This document shows positions 30,577 through 39,889 of a stretch of DNA of 64,000 bases, in pieces; the stretch's first letter is position 1; every line of letters starts with the position of its first letter. The notes under the pieces were generated by a model. The model saw nothing but the letters and a program-made list of their open reading frames with translations, did not search any database and was not told where the DNA came from. The DNA is from Escherichia coli (GTDB taxonomy: Bacteria; Pseudomonadota; Gammaproteobacteria; Enterobacterales; Enterobacteriaceae), in assembly GCA_902500205.1 (NCBI GenBank), contig GCA_902500205.1_4868.1; one strand, written 5' to 3'. The position numbers and the translations under genes are program-made.

Positions 30577-31389
30577 TTACGACTTGAAGCGTCCACCGTT
30601 CATGTAGTTCCAACGGTTTCCGATGTTGTCGTTGTGGACCAGACAACGTTGCATTTTCGGCAAGGTGTCTTCGAACATTTGACCCGCGTCCGAGTAACCT
30701 TCAATAACGTTTCTGAAGGCACCGAACTCCATACCATTTTCCAGTTTACCGGAGTCCATGTCGAAGATCATGGTGTTGTAGATATATTGCTTAACAGCCA
30801 TAACTGCCAGCTCACCTACAACCGGATAGAAGGCCGGCTTGATTTCGTTCATCTCCTGGGATAGTTCGTACTTCACCACGAGTTTGGTAGAGTAAACGAA
30901 CATGCCTGGGTCTTTGATACGGATGGTATTCGGACCGAGCACTTCAACTTCTGGTGAGGCGATACGCGGCATCGCGGATTGACTATCAACCACTTGCTGG
31001 GTGGATGCTAATACGCCAGAGGTGGCACCGTCCAGATATGAACCTGCGGGAGGCATGGTGTACGCCTGTCCGGCAACGGGTGTTACAGAGATATGGGCGT
31101 CCAGAATTGGGCGACCACCTGTTTTGATGTCGTCGAGATAATACACGCGACTGAAATAATCTTGCGTGTCGTTATCCCAAGGAACACCTTGCAAATCTAC
31201 TTCTTGATACTGCCCCATTCTGGAGATTTCAGGGACCAGAATTTCACGAATAACGCGTTGTTGAATTTCGTTATCTACAGAGCTTGCAATTCCCAGTAAC
31301 TTGAGGTTTTCTGGAACAAAAGCCGCCTGTAGAATCGGGGCAGGGATATGCTGTCTGATTTTACGCAGACAGTAGTCGATAACATTCAT
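30577..31389 (-). CDS. hypothetical protein (start moved to ATG 31389)
   Basis: AGGAG upstream of the minus-strand ATG at 31389; optimal codons. Confidence 0.6.
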   Translation of the reverse strand: MNVIDYCLRKIRQHIPAPILQAAFVPENLKLLGIASSVDNEIQQRVIREILVPEISRMGQYQEVDLQGVPWDNDTQDYFSRVYYLDDIKTGGRPILDAHISVTPVAGQAYTMPPAGSYLDGATSGVLASTQQVVDSQSAMPRIASPEVEVLGPNTIRIKDPGMFVYSTKLVVKYELSQEMNEIKPAFYPVVGELAVMAVKQYIYNTMIFDMDSGKLENGMEFGAFRNVIEGYSDAGQMFEDTLPKMQRCLVHNDNIGNRWNYMNGGRFKS

Positions 31390-31508
31390 TCTAAGGCTCC
31401 TATGAAGCTCGTAGGACAACTCATACCATCGGGTAATGCTATCCCATTACCTGACATTAAAATACGTTTTACGACCTTTATGTGCGCACCATACTCGAAG
31501 AAATTTTG

Positions 31509-31528
31509 CATAGATATTATCTTCGTGA
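31509..31528 (+). promoter_or_regulatory. phage promoter-like motif, class 1 (CATAGATATTATCTTCGTGA)
   Basis: Conserved motif copy upstream of the 31553..35571 gene array. Confidence 0.5.
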
Positions 31529-31552
31529 ATTATCCTTAAGGAGCATTTCTCG

Positions 31553-31873
31553 ATGACGCGCATGTTCTTTAATTTCTCTCCAGGGACAAATGAACAGATT
31601 GTGCCTGCGGACATGTTACTGTGCGCGATACAAGAAGTTATTTATCCCGGCACGCATGAGTTTCCACGTGAGTGGACACGCATTGCCGAAAGTTATTTTG
31701 GCACGGAAGCGTGGTTTGTTATTTCGGCGTTGGGCCGAAACCATCGCTATCCCTTTCATTACAAAAATGGAGTTGTGCAAACGTGGTCAGAATATACCTC
31801 GAACCAGCTGCGGTTCATTCTAGCTTCTGGGGGCCTGTCGATGCTTCCCAGTACGCTACCGCTCTGCGGATGA
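31553..31873 (+). CDS. hypothetical protein (106 aa), first gene of a tightly coupled array
   Basis: Conserved leader TAAGGAGCATTTCTCGATG. Confidence 0.55.
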   Translation: MTRMFFNFSPGTNEQIVPADMLLCAIQEVIYPGTHEFPREWTRIAESYFGTEAWFVISALGRNHRYPFHYKNGVVQTWSEYTSNQLRFILASGGLSMLPSTLPLCG

Positions 31874-32433
31874 GCCAAAAAGAACGCGAGATGTTAACTG
31901 TACAACTGTTACACACTGCGCTCGAAGATATCTTTTACTCCGTTCCGGAAATGCCTAATGCACGTATGGAACCTTTGCTGGAACCTTATACTGACGCTTT
32001 TAATCTCACGATGATGTTGGTGGCTGACCAGATCATACTCCCACCGAAAACAGTTCCTGTGGAACGTACATATGTTTCCAGTGGCGGTTTGGGTGCCCCG
32101 GTTAATAAGACGAAAGAGACCGTAGCGATTTTACGTTCTACCGAATATCTTATCGGATTGGCATTCGAAGACTGTTACAACAGTTTCCTGGACAGTATCC
32201 ATGCACTTGTGGAGAATGCTGTGAAGGCCACCAACCAGCCGTTTAATCGTTATGCGACGATTAAACTGGAACCACACATAACCCATCGTGGGCAGGTGCA
32301 ATCTCTGGAGTTGCAAATTGGAGAAGACATCAGATTCATCCACTACCGCCAGTGCTTCCCAAACAAACGATATCGTCCGTCTGGTACTGATCGATCACAT
32401 CGCCTCGACGGCATACGTCAGGATATTGAATGA
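31870..32433 (+). CDS. hypothetical protein (start moved to ATG 31870, overlapping the upstream stop)
   Basis: ATGA overlap; the track's earlier start would overlap the upstream gene for 200 nt. Confidence 0.5.
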   Translation: MSQKEREMLTVQLLHTALEDIFYSVPEMPNARMEPLLEPYTDAFNLTMMLVADQIILPPKTVPVERTYVSSGGLGAPVNKTKETVAILRSTEYLIGLAFEDCYNSFLDSIHALVENAVKATNQPFNRYATIKLEPHITHRGQVQSLELQIGEDIRFIHYRQCFPNKRYRPSGTDRSHRLDGIRQDIE

Positions 32434-32755
32434 CCCCAGCGACATCATGTTCAGCATGTATGATGTTAATACGGGGTTGAAGCATATCATTCTCTGTATG
32501 CTCGAATACATGATTCCGACATTTACAGAACACGGTACGTGGGACGTAGAAACAGTCTCACTGATTGTTAGGTGCTATCGTCCCAGAAGTCATTCGCGGG
32601 AAATCCACACCATCGCGTCTCACGTTCATCGTGCTATCTGTGAGGAAATGGGCATTCCTCCGAAAGGGTATCGGTATCATTATAATCAAGCAGACAGAAT
32701 TCTCCGTTTCATTCCACGTAAGGTAACAGATGTCTATGATGACGGTTTATACTGA
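32426..32755 (+). CDS. hypothetical protein (start uncertain: TTG 32426 or ATG 32447)
   Basis: Frame of track ORF 32288..32755 trimmed to avoid the upstream gene. Confidence 0.35.
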   Translation: MNDPSDIMFSMYDVNTGLKHIILCMLEYMIPTFTEHGTWDVETVSLIVRCYRPRSHSREIHTIASHVHRAICEEMGIPPKGYRYHYNQADRILRFIPRKVTDVYDDGLY

Positions 32756-33137
32756 GTTCGTGCGATTGACTTGCCGACTCACCGCACTCGTCAAAGAGAA
32801 TCTCGGCATCGATTACCAGGATGCTGCGGTAGAGCTTGACGACTATATCGAGCAAATTGTTCGGTTGCATGTTCTGCGGAAAAAATATGGCGTTATCGAT
32901 AGCATGATACGCCAGTTCTTTATGGAGTATGTTCACGATAACCCAATCATTACTCCAACCACGTCGGCAAAATACTGGGCTCTTTGTCGATTTGAGTTGT
33001 TGATACGGGACACCGATTGCATCTGGCAAGCAATCGACGAGGACATGACTTATTTACCACAATCCGACTTCCTCCTTTGGCATGTAGGAGATGGTGTCTG
33101 GAAAATGTTAACTACAGGGGTTACTTACAATGATTGA
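32730..33137 (+). CDS. hypothetical protein (135 aa)
   Basis: AAGG upstream of ATG. Confidence 0.5.
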   Translation: MSMMTVYTEFVRLTCRLTALVKENLGIDYQDAAVELDDYIEQIVRLHVLRKKYGVIDSMIRQFFMEYVHDNPIITPTTSAKYWALCRFELLIRDTDCIWQAIDEDMTYLPQSDFLLWHVGDGVWKMLTTGVTYND

Positions 33138-33639
33138 GCGATCTCATTTTTATATCCCCGGCTATCAGTTATTGGCTGGGCCGTTAACGGAGTTTTCGCC
33201 AAACGATGTGCTCCGCGAAGTGAATGACGATTTGAACTCGATAATCAATACCGCCATGAGCTTCGTGGAACGTGGAACCATTGGTAGTGAGTTAAAGTTT
33301 ATGATGAACAATACCTTTGGGTTTGTTTCTCGTACACTGAATGCGCACGGCGTTGTGTTGGAAAATGAGCAAGTAATCACTTACGGCACCGCAATTCAAA
33401 ACATCGGTCGTGCGTATATGACCGCCGTATCGCAGTCTCCTTATTGGTTTACTCACTACGGTCGTTGGGTCGGTGCACAATACACAACGCGCAATCCGGC
33501 GGATGTCGAATTCTTATTAGACTATAACGGTGGTGATAAATTCCCACAGTTTGCCAGCCAGGAAGCGTACGAGCGAATCACCCCACAACTTCTGCCTGTT
33601 ATCGATTTGCTTATCGGTAATCTCGGAGGTCGTGTATGA
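33130..33639 (+). CDS. hypothetical protein (169 aa)
   Basis: Overlapping start/stop with neighbours. Confidence 0.55.
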   Translation: MIERSHFYIPGYQLLAGPLTEFSPNDVLREVNDDLNSIINTAMSFVERGTIGSELKFMMNNTFGFVSRTLNAHGVVLENEQVITYGTAIQNIGRAYMTAVSQSPYWFTHYGRWVGAQYTTRNPADVEFLLDYNGGDKFPQFASQEAYERITPQLLPVIDLLIGNLGGRV

Positions 33640-34124
33640 GCGTTCTGTTTGATGTGGCGGATATTGCGAACCAATATAGCGCGACTCGGTTTTACGAGCA
33701 TGTTCGTGAAGCGGCATTGCGTGTACTGGAAGCCAGTAACCTGGAGATTGATGAAACACAGATACGTGATTTTTATCAACGTTTTGCGTTTGCGTATATC
33801 ATCGGTGTGAAAACTCGTGACCCTTCGACGATGGTTGATTTGTTACAGGAAGACACGCTTGAACCTCTGGGCAATTGGGAGTTGGTGTCCGATGGTCTGT
33901 CCGTTGACCAGTTCGCTAAGGAAACGTCTGTCGATACGACGTTTCTGGCAGCACAAGGTTCGCCCGAACAACATCAAGCCGCCTTCGGCGCTGCGGTAAG
34001 TTTGCTGGCCGAAGAGTTAACAAACTTAACTGGTTTTGCTGGGCTGATAGAGTCGCTGTATCCGGGGCGATATCAAACGTATGTGGGTGATAGTTTTAAC
34101 GATGTGGTGTTAATCTGCGAATGA
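33636..34124 (+). CDS. hypothetical protein (162 aa)
   Basis: GGAGG upstream; ATGA overlap. Confidence 0.55.
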   Translation: MSVLFDVADIANQYSATRFYEHVREAALRVLEASNLEIDETQIRDFYQRFAFAYIIGVKTRDPSTMVDLLQEDTLEPLGNWELVSDGLSVDQFAKETSVDTTFLAAQGSPEQHQAAFGAAVSLLAEELTNLTGFAGLIESLYPGRYQTYVGDSFNDVVLICE

Positions 34125-34552
34125 AACTGTACATGACCATAGGCGAAGTCTTCAAATATGAGTCGTTGTTGGCACGGGCCGAGATTGCTGATACTAGCGA
34201 GATCGAGCCCGCTGTCGCTTATTTGTTTCTGGCCAGTTACGCCGAATTAACGGTACGTTCTATTGTTAATGGGCTAGGTAAGGGTAAGAACTTTCTTACT
34301 TTTATTCCCCCAGACCCTGCGTTGATACTGGAACAGTTGCGCGGGATGTGGGGTACTGAAAAGGTGCTGCCTCTAAACTGCTACAGCATGAGCAGTGGGA
34401 TTAAGGATGATGTTCGGTTCTATGAAATCCTTTCCGTGATAGAACGTGTGTGGGGCATGGCTGGCTTGACTCCAGAAGACGGAGCAAAAAAGACAAAGGT
34501 TTCACTCCTTATGAATGAAATTGGCAACGCACTCATCTGTGTTGAATGTTAA
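34121..34552 (+). CDS. hypothetical protein (143 aa)
   Basis: ATGA overlap with upstream gene. Confidence 0.55.
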   Translation: MKLYMTIGEVFKYESLLARAEIADTSEIEPAVAYLFLASYAELTVRSIVNGLGKGKNFLTFIPPDPALILEQLRGMWGTEKVLPLNCYSMSSGIKDDVRFYEILSVIERVWGMAGLTPEDGAKKTKVSLLMNEIGNALICVEC

Positions 34553-34561
34553 GGAGTACGA

Positions 34562-35161
34562 ATGATCTACAAGGTGATCGCCAACCACTTGATTAATGTG
34601 GACTTGGGGGTCGTGGGGTATCTTCCGGACGGTATGCGGTTTTTGGATTTGGTGGTTGACACCGTAGTCCGCCTACCGCGTATCACCGTGGAGATACCCG
34701 TAAAAGAATTGGACCAGGACGAGATACACGAACTTATACGTGAAACGCTGACTAGCTATACGTACGAGTTTCGTTGCATGTTGCCTCGCACCGACCTTAC
34801 GTTCTTGCACGACTTCTTTACGTTACTGACTGACGAGTACCGTCGGTGGAAGTTTAATGTTGCAATGGAAGCCAGCACTGAGTCACATTTTAACGGGCTG
34901 ACACCATTGTTAGATTTAGCGTTGGTGTACAAAGAGCAAGACAGTTCACACTGGGCCACGCTCAAGCACTACACGTTGGATCTAATGGCGACCGCCGTAA
35001 CGGAGGCAGTTATGGCGCATTATGTTGAGCCGGTGAAGATGTTCTTAGAGGCGCATAATGGCGCTATCCGTACGTTGGTTCTCAAGGTGGACTTCCCGAA
35101 AACACCAGTGACCAATGCTTTGGATATGAGGCTGCTTATTGATGTTCCTGAGGAGGAATAA
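34562..35161 (+). CDS. hypothetical protein (199 aa)
   Basis: AAGGAG upstream of ATG. Confidence 0.55.
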   Translation: MIYKVIANHLINVDLGVVGYLPDGMRFLDLVVDTVVRLPRITVEIPVKELDQDEIHELIRETLTSYTYEFRCMLPRTDLTFLHDFFTLLTDEYRRWKFNVAMEASTESHFNGLTPLLDLALVYKEQDSSHWATLKHYTLDLMATAVTEAVMAHYVEPVKMFLEAHNGAIRTLVLKVDFPKTPVTNALDMRLLIDVPEEE

Positions 35162-35571
35162 TGTTCGATTTACGCACACTGGTCGCTGGGCAAAAAGTTA
35201 ACATTGTTTACGACACCCCTTTGAAAGGGCAAGAGACGCGTGTAATTATTCTGGCAACCGGCGTTGGCTATGAAATGGCCAAAAGCTATATGGATGTGAT
35301 GGCGGAGCAGAAGAATATCTACTCATCCATCGTCTCTCAGCCAGAAGATAACGTGAACAAATACACGTATCTGATTTTCAAAGGTGTTGACGGCAAACCA
35401 AAAGTCGCTGCCGATGCCTGGATTCGTGATGTTCAGATTATCGAAAACACGAAGGTGCGCTTCACCGTCACCCTGGATAACAAACAGGAGATTGACGACC
35501 TTAAACGCGCCCTGGCTGCCAATGGTTTCAATGATGTCGATTTTGAAATCGTTGAGAGCATTGCCGGTTAA
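35161..35571 (+). CDS. hypothetical protein (136 aa), last gene of the array
   Basis: AGGAGG upstream; terminator downstream. Confidence 0.55.
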   Translation: MFDLRTLVAGQKVNIVYDTPLKGQETRVIILATGVGYEMAKSYMDVMAEQKNIYSSIVSQPEDNVNKYTYLIFKGVDGKPKVAADAWIRDVQIIENTKVRFTVTLDNKQEIDDLKRALAANGFNDVDFEIVESIAG

Positions 35572-35577
35572 AGTAAT

Positions 35578-35615
35578 CCCACTCTTCGGAGTGGGTTATT
35601 TTTTTTTCTTTTTTC
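35578..35615 (+). terminator. intrinsic terminator
   Basis: Hairpin CCCACTC-TTCG-GAGTGGG plus long T-run. Confidence 0.75.
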
Positions 35616-35637
35616 ACGTATCCCGCAAGTCTTATAG
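35611..35637 (+). promoter_or_regulatory. promoter-like motif, class 2 (TTTTCACG..CTTATAG)
   Basis: Second copy of the motif seen at 29610..29637. Confidence 0.35.
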
Positions 35638-35662
35638 CTGAGTAAAAACCAAGGGGCCAGAC

Positions 35663-37942
35663 GTGGACTACAATTCACCATTTCGTCTTAGTCAAGACGA
35701 GTATCATCGCGACATTGACGTTATCGATGCGTACTACGAACAACTGGCGCTCTACATTCATACCGTCACCAACGGGAAATATTCTTTGGAGTTCTGTCGA
35801 CAGCAGGTCGAAGAAATGTTCCAACCTGGTGGTGAGTTAGTACACGAATTCCCCGTGTGTAAGATGTGGGTGCGCAATCAAAAGACCGGCGATCGCGAAG
35901 AAAAATACACCACGGTAGATAAACTGTTCCGTACAGTGATTGATAAGCAGATCATTTCTGCACCGTCGTTGACTTTCTATTTGCCGGAACACGTAAAGCG
36001 TTCTAAGCTTGCCGAATTTACCGCAGAGAACGTGCGTAAGCGTGCGGTGGTTAAGAAAGAGATGTATGCGGCCGGTGCTGCAGGCAACGAAGTTTTACGT
36101 ATTAACAAAAAGAACGAACAGAACGCTGTTAAAACGCTGAACAACGGGATGTCTGGTGCATTCTCATCACCGTACACGGTAATCTTTAACCAGTCTTCGC
36201 ACTCTGTATTGACGTCAACCTGCCGTACGGCTACATCGTTCGGTAACGCGGGCAACGAACGTCTACTGGGCGGTAATCGTCACTACGACACGCCGTCCCG
36301 TGTTATCGACCACTTACTGTCTATTGGTACACTGACTAACTTTGCGGAGTTCAAGAAGTGTATGGAACTCTATAACCTCCACTACCCAACAGTGGACGAG
36401 GTTATGGAAGTGGTTATGTACTCTGCAGAGTTTTACTTCCGTAACGACGAAGGGCTGGAGTTCATTCGTCACTACGTCGGTAATTGTAGCCCGCTGGTAC
36501 GTGCAGCGTTTGTCTACATGGGTGACTTCTACCACCTGGCGAAATACAACGATGAATTCATGCGCGGATTTATCGGTGCGCTGATTGCCGAGGAGATGGA
36601 AGACGAGATCACCGATTGGGATGCTGCTGAGCGCTCTATCGACGGTGACATGCAGATCATTATCTCGCAGTTCCGTACTGATATCGTGCCGTTAGGTAAG
36701 TCGTTCTCTGACGTTAAACTCAAAGACGAAAACACGAACAAAGCGGAACCGTGGGATAAGCAGGAAAAATACAAAGAGCTGATTCGCTCAGCTGTGTATC
36801 TGCAGAAAACCATCGGTAAGTACGCGTGCTTGATTCGTAATATCCTGACCACCAAAAACCTGCCAATCAACATTGCCAGGATGCCTGATGTGGTTCGTCG
36901 TGTTGGCGTGGTGTCTGATACCGACTCCACGATGATGACTGCACAGTGGTGGGCGCAGTGGTATACCGGTCAACATTACGGTCGTGAAGCTACGCGCGTA
37001 TCGGATGCGATGATTTATATCGCAACCCAGCACTTACGTCATCTGATGGCGAGTATGTCGGCGAATATCGGTGTGGCGAAAGAGCGTCTGTTTTTGTACG
37101 CAATGAAGAACGAATTTAAGTTCGACTCCTTTGCGTTAACCACGAAAGCAAAACACTATTTCTCCATCATCACTGGCCAGGAAGGGCAGTTGAAGTCTGA
37201 CCCTGAGTTAGAAGTTAAGGGCGTGTCTTTACGTACGTCGAACATTCCTCCGGTGGTCATGAAAGAGTTCAAACGCACGATCAAAGAACTCTGTGAGATC
37301 GTGGCACGTGGTGACAAGATTAAGATTCTGCCTCTGCTGGAAAAGGTTGCTGCAATTGAGCACGTTGTGGTGGACTCTATTCGTGCTGGTAAAGCAGGCT
37401 ACCTGAAAACAACCAACGTCAAAGACCGTAGTGCGTACTCTGAAGATGATGAAAAGAGTTACCACTACCACCGCATGTACAACGCTATCTTTGGACCGAA
37501 GTACGGCTACCTGGACGAACCGCCTTATGACGCCGTGAAGCTTCCGGTAAACCTGGAGAACAAAACAGCCGTTAAAGAGTGGCTGGAAAACATTAAAGAC
37601 CCGATGATTAAGACCACCGCAACACGGTGGTTCGAAGAAAACAACTATCGTACCTATCGTACTCTGATACTGCCAGAGTTCCTGGTGGAAAACTTCGGTA
37701 TTCCGCCGGAGCTGATTGATGCTGCAGACACACGTCGAAGCGCATTCTCCACAGTAGAACCTTACTATCACATTCTGGAATGTCTGGGTGTGTTCATGAT
37801 GGACAAGAATAGAACTCGTCTGCTTTCGGATTACTACGGTGAGTCTGTAGATTCCGTCAAGGAAGAATTAGGTAGTGGTGAGTACGTTAAGAAATCTGAA
37901 CGTGATGGAGAGGAAGAAGATGGGGAAGAAGCGGAGGAGTAA
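35663..37942 (+). CDS. large protein with family-B DNA polymerase-like motifs (putative polymerase catalytic subunit); GTG start
   Basis: KTLNNGMSGAF resembles PolB motif B (K...NS.YG) and VGVVSDTDS resembles motif C (YGDTDS); no exonuclease motifs seen and motif spacing is atypical. Confidence 0.35.
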   Translation: MDYNSPFRLSQDEYHRDIDVIDAYYEQLALYIHTVTNGKYSLEFCRQQVEEMFQPGGELVHEFPVCKMWVRNQKTGDREEKYTTVDKLFRTVIDKQIISAPSLTFYLPEHVKRSKLAEFTAENVRKRAVVKKEMYAAGAAGNEVLRINKKNEQNAVKTLNNGMSGAFSSPYTVIFNQSSHSVLTSTCRTATSFGNAGNERLLGGNRHYDTPSRVIDHLLSIGTLTNFAEFKKCMELYNLHYPTVDEVMEVVMYSAEFYFRNDEGLEFIRHYVGNCSPLVRAAFVYMGDFYHLAKYNDEFMRGFIGALIAEEMEDEITDWDAAERSIDGDMQIIISQFRTDIVPLGKSFSDVKLKDENTNKAEPWDKQEKYKELIRSAVYLQKTIGKYACLIRNILTTKNLPINIARMPDVVRRVGVVSDTDSTMMTAQWWAQWYTGQHYGREATRVSDAMIYIATQHLRHLMASMSANIGVAKERLFLYAMKNEFKFDSFALTTKAKHYFSIITGQEGQLKSDPELEVKGVSLRTSNIPPVVMKEFKRTIKELCEIVARGDKIKILPLLEKVAAIEHVVVDSIRAGKAGYLKTTNVKDRSAYSEDDEKSYHYHRMYNAIFGPKYGYLDEPPYDAVKLPVNLENKTAVKEWLENIKDPMIKTTATRWFEENNYRTYRTLILPEFLVENFGIPPELIDAADTRRSAFSTVEPYYHILECLGVFMMDKNRTRLLSDYYGESVDSVKEELGSGEYVKKSERDGEEEDGEEAEE

Positions 37943-38046
37943 GAATAAGTCACGATCGTGTGTACCACAAACAATAACCGTTACGTGGGTGGACCCAGCA
38001 CCGGTACCGACGGCGCTACTCAATCTTTGGTTATCTTATCTAAAGG

Positions 38047-38328
38047 ATGAACATTGTGTCGAAACGAAACAGTAAAGCAAATAACTGGGGCTGGCGACAG
38101 CTCTATTTGCACAGCCAGCCTAACCTGGTACGGCAGCATGTGTTGTCTTTGCCGACGCAGTTTCAAACAATGGCATCGTGTGAAGGTTCAGTATCGCCAC
38201 GCGATGATCGTTGGAAAACCGTGAAACCGGTTGTGTCTATTGACAAGCAATTTGACAATCCTCTCGACGGTTGGTTTGCAGCAATAGGCGGTTTAAACGT
38301 ACGGGTGGAAGGGTATGTATCGAAATAG
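38047..38328 (+). CDS. hypothetical small protein
   Basis: AAAGGA upstream of ATG. Confidence 0.4.
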   Translation: MNIVSKRNSKANNWGWRQLYLHSQPNLVRQHVLSLPTQFQTMASCEGSVSPRDDRWKTVKPVVSIDKQFDNPLDGWFAAIGGLNVRVEGYVSK

Positions 38329-38512
38329 TGGGAAGTCCACAGAGATGATAACCGCAATCCGTCGCGACCTCGAAGAACGAGGTTGTGTGGATATTGAGTT
38401 GCATCAGGCAGGCGAAACGGTGCATATCACGGCATTGGATGCCAAACGGAAACGTAGCATCACTGTGTGGGGTAAACCGTACGCAAGTGATCTCACGGAG
38501 ACGATAAAATAG
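38315..38512 (+). CDS. hypothetical small protein
   Basis: GGAAGGG upstream of ATG; terminator downstream. Confidence 0.4.
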   Translation: MYRNSGKSTEMITAIRRDLEERGCVDIELHQAGETVHITALDAKRKRSITVWGKPYASDLTETIK

Positions 38513-38520
38513 TAGACAGA

Positions 38521-38568
38521 CAAAAAAAATAAAAAAAAGAACTACACACCGAAGTGTGTAGTTTTTGT
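38521..38568. terminator. bidirectional intrinsic terminator
   Basis: Hairpin ACTACACAC-CGAA-GTGTGTAGT between a long A-run and a T-run. Confidence 0.7.
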
Positions 38569-38615
38569 ATATAGTATGAATACTCGAAAGAGTGTTCGCG
38601 AGGAGAGAGTAAGTC

Positions 38616-39683
38616 TTATTTTTCTTCTAGCTCTGTCATCAACGGGATAATCAAATCGCGTTGGATGAAGTTATAGAAGGATTTGGTCAAACGTGTGAGG
38701 ACTTTAGAGTCCACATAACGCGCCAAATCAACCAACATCGTACGTTTGTGTTTCTCCATATTCCCCTGGTTGTATTGAAGACAAAACAGTGCCCAGTACC
38801 AGTTCACCATGTTCTGGTGCCAGGTGTTCTGCAGTGTTTGACCTGGTTCTCGAAAGACAATCAGTTCCAGTGCAGTGTGGCCTTCTTCATCAGGGTGTTG
38901 GAAGAACAATGGGATGTTGTTTAAGACTTGTCCCGGTAACGGGTTGGCAGCCAGTAGTTTACTACGGATGCCTTTTGCGTGCTTCACAGCTAAAGCTTGA
39001 AGCGGCGGAACAGGAATGACACGTAATGTTTCATCCGGTTCAATCTCTTTCCCGAAGGCTATCGCACGATGTATATTTACAAAGGCGATATCCATGTAGC
39101 TCGGCAACATGCGAGAGATCACATGTCGTTGGAGATACACAGGTGTGGCAATAGGTTCGGTACCGCGACTGTAGTGCTGCTGGCCTTTGACATATTGCCA
39201 AAGCAAAGCAACCAGGTTGATTTCGATCACCGTAACACCTCGGGGCCGTCCGTCACCGAACTTCCAATTGAGGTTGGTATACTCATGGTAGAGGTAACGG
39301 GCGGGGGTGTAGTCGCGGAACGAAAGGTCTGGATTTACTGGGCGGGCTACGAGAGAGATTACCTCATCTTGGCCCTGGATAAACTTGCTATTAAAGATTT
39401 GACCGTACTCACCAACAGACGTCAAGCGTAAGGCGTTACCGATCTGAACAAGCTTGCGACGGCAAGCCCATTCGATGTCTTCGTACTCTGGTTCACCGGC
39501 ATAGCCGATGGCAGACAACACCTGTTGCAACAAATGGCCATTACCAGCACTGCGATTAAGCTGTTCGAAGTAGTTGCGTATACGCTGGCTGTTGTTTTTT
39601 ACGTGAGCCGCTAATGTTATAGCGGAGGGGTCCGTGCTGTGACCCTTTATGGCCACTTGGTTTAACTCGGCTTGGCTGAACAT
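38616..39683 (-). CDS. hypothetical protein (start moved to ATG 39683)
   Basis: AAGGAG upstream of the minus-strand ATG. Confidence 0.6.
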   Translation of the reverse strand: MFSQAELNQVAIKGHSTDPSAITLAAHVKNNSQRIRNYFEQLNRSAGNGHLLQQVLSAIGYAGEPEYEDIEWACRRKLVQIGNALRLTSVGEYGQIFNSKFIQGQDEVISLVARPVNPDLSFRDYTPARYLYHEYTNLNWKFGDGRPRGVTVIEINLVALLWQYVKGQQHYSRGTEPIATPVYLQRHVISRMLPSYMDIAFVNIHRAIAFGKEIEPDETLRVIPVPPLQALAVKHAKGIRSKLLAANPLPGQVLNNIPLFFQHPDEEGHTALELIVFREPGQTLQNTWHQNMVNWYWALFCLQYNQGNMEKHKRTMLVDLARYVDSKVLTRLTKSFYNFIQRDLIIPLMTELEEK

Positions 39684-39735
39684 GGCAGACTCCTTAGATT
39701 CCACATAGGAAGTCAGTCACAGTCAAAAATATCTC

Positions 39736-39756
39736 AGATTGATATTATCTATGTGA
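39736..39756 (+). promoter_or_regulatory. phage promoter-like motif, class 1 (AGATTGATATTATCTATGTGA)
   Basis: First of two tandem motif copies upstream of gene 39890. Confidence 0.5.
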
Positions 39757-39831
39757 CAGTTCCTGAGAAATGTCTGGACTATGTGCCTTGTAAGTAAGCG
39801 ACGGCGTACTTGCATTCCATGGAATTACAGG

Positions 39832-39849
39832 CAGATATTATCTCTGCGA
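39832..39849 (+). promoter_or_regulatory. phage promoter-like motif, class 1 (CAGATATTATCTCTGCGA)
   Basis: Second tandem copy, about 40 nt upstream of ATG 39890. Confidence 0.45.
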
Positions 39850-39889
39850 ACCGAACTATGATTGCAATCACTATTAAGGAATATTTAAA

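Noticed and set aside
31672-32433. Track ORF start at 31672 for the second gene of the array
   Set aside because: Would overlap the upstream gene by 200 nt; an ATG at 31870 overlapping the upstream stop (ATGA) is the more plausible start.
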